DNA from: Bilabrum cf. latius
Lineage: Eukaryota
Direction of reading: 5' to 3'
Length of the DNA stretch: 64,000 nt
Assembly (NCBI GenBank): GCA_965178125.1
Contig: OZ237752.1
Coordinates: 806,001 to 870,000, forward strand
Positions 63,096-64,000 of this stretch are shown in pieces. The translations under genes and the position numbers were made by a program. Below the pieces are notes generated by a model. It did not search any database, had not been told where the DNA came from, and was given only the letters and a program-made list of their open reading frames with translations. Position 1 is the first letter of the stretch. Each line of letters starts with the position of its first letter.

Positions 63096-64000
63096 ATGAG
63101 CGGCATTTGGACCAAAGAGACAGTAGCAGAGAGAATCGGAGCGAATGCATCGGATGCCTTGCTGCTACCGCCAAAGGGAATGGGGACCACGCACGAGCAC
63201 AGCTCCATTGTTGAGGATGCGAATGTTACTCTGTACCATGCTTCTGCATAGGCACTTCGTAGCTGTAAATGGATGGAATCGAATGGGATTGTTGCGATCG
63301 TGAACGCTGCTGGTTTCGAGCTTCGAAAGTTTCCGCGAGAGGCCCTAAAGGCATCCGGTATTCACTTGCACGATATCGACATGGATGACTCTGAGAAGTG
63401 GGTCGGTAGCAACGATGCGGTGGAGTTCCTGGCGGCGGCAGCAGCGCATACGCAGGCAGGGCTGGAGCGAGCGATGTGGCTCGTTCTCGAGGCCTCAAAA
63501 CCGGGCAGCGCCGGGACAAAAGGGCGACCAGCCCATGCGAGCAGTACGATAGAAGATACACCTTACTCTGGGAACGCAGGCCCCTCCGCGGAGCCACCGC
63601 TGCCGAAAGCCGGCGTGCTAGTGAACTGCGCGATGGGCCGCAGCCGCAGCTCCTCGGTCGTCCTCTGGTGGATCCTGACTTACGCACAGCCAGACTGGAC
63701 GCTCCTGGACGCGCTGTGCTTCCTGCGAAGCAGACGCACGTGGGCCTACCCCAGGCTGTGCTTCCTCAAGATTCTGTACCGCCTGTCGCTCGTGCCCGGC
63801 AGGCTCCGCGCCTCGGTCGCTCGCGGCGGGGACCTGGACGAGCTGACAGTGCATCCAGTGGGCCATTCTATGGATGACACGGCGGCATCGGGCCATTCTA
63901 TGGATGACACGGCGGTATCTGGCCATTCTATCGATGACACGGCGGCATCGGGCGGGGCTGCGGCTGCCACGGATACGGTAGCTGTGGTGAAGGCGGGGTA
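63096..64000 (+). CDS. Dual-specificity protein phosphatase, 3'-truncated by the window end
   Basis: GIVAIVNAA, DIDMDD, VLVNCAMGRSRSSSVV (CX5R loop), WTLLDALCFLRSRR. One in-frame TAG; the frame stays open to the window end. Confidence 0.82.
63861..63950 (+). repeat. Three 30-bp coding repeats (GHS[MI]DDTA[AV]S)
   Basis: GGCCATTCTATGGATGACACGGCGGCATCG and two near-identical variants in tandem. Confidence 0.9.

Noticed and set aside
202-64000. Widespread pseudogenisation or sequencing error as the cause of internal stops
   Set aside because: The interruptions are almost exclusively TAG, there are no frameshifts, catalytic motifs are intact, and TAG falls on Gln positions.
202-64000. Phage or bacterial origin using code 15
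   Set aside because: Spliceosomal GT-AG introns, a eukaryotic-type SECIS and eukaryote-specific genes (STK36, NFXL1, PSMG2, TIP41) are present.
1-64000. Suppressor tRNA-Gln(CUA) or other RNA genes
   Set aside because: I could not recognise a cloverleaf or rRNA sequence by eye; tRNAscan-SE/Infernal would be needed to exclude them.

Overview
Gene-dense, GC-rich nuclear DNA from a microbial eukaryote, with short (~70-115 nt) GT-AG introns and intergenic gaps mostly under 400 bp. A heterotrophic stramenopile such as a bicosoecid is my inference only. The ORF track is fragmented because the organism appears to use a non-standard nuclear code: in-frame TAG codons run through most genes and fall on conserved Gln positions, while complete gene models end in TAA or TGA. 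Reading TAG as Gln gives about 17 coherent genes: Fused/STK36 kinase, NFXL1, two large low-complexity proteins (one with a Tudor domain), a UGA-Sec deiodinase-like selenoprotein with a SECIS, a membrane-anchored S45 acylase, an ATP-grasp enzyme, Trm10, homocysteine S-methyltransferase, a ~3,400-aa membrane pseudo-cyclase/split AGC-kinase fusion, PSMG2, a head-to-head pair of anion-channelrhodopsin-like genes with receiver-like tails, an ARM/MyTH4-FERM protein, a PINK1-like kinase with a near-identical ARM array, TIP41 and a partial dual-specificity phosphatase. All assignments come from motif recognition by eye; no searches were run.
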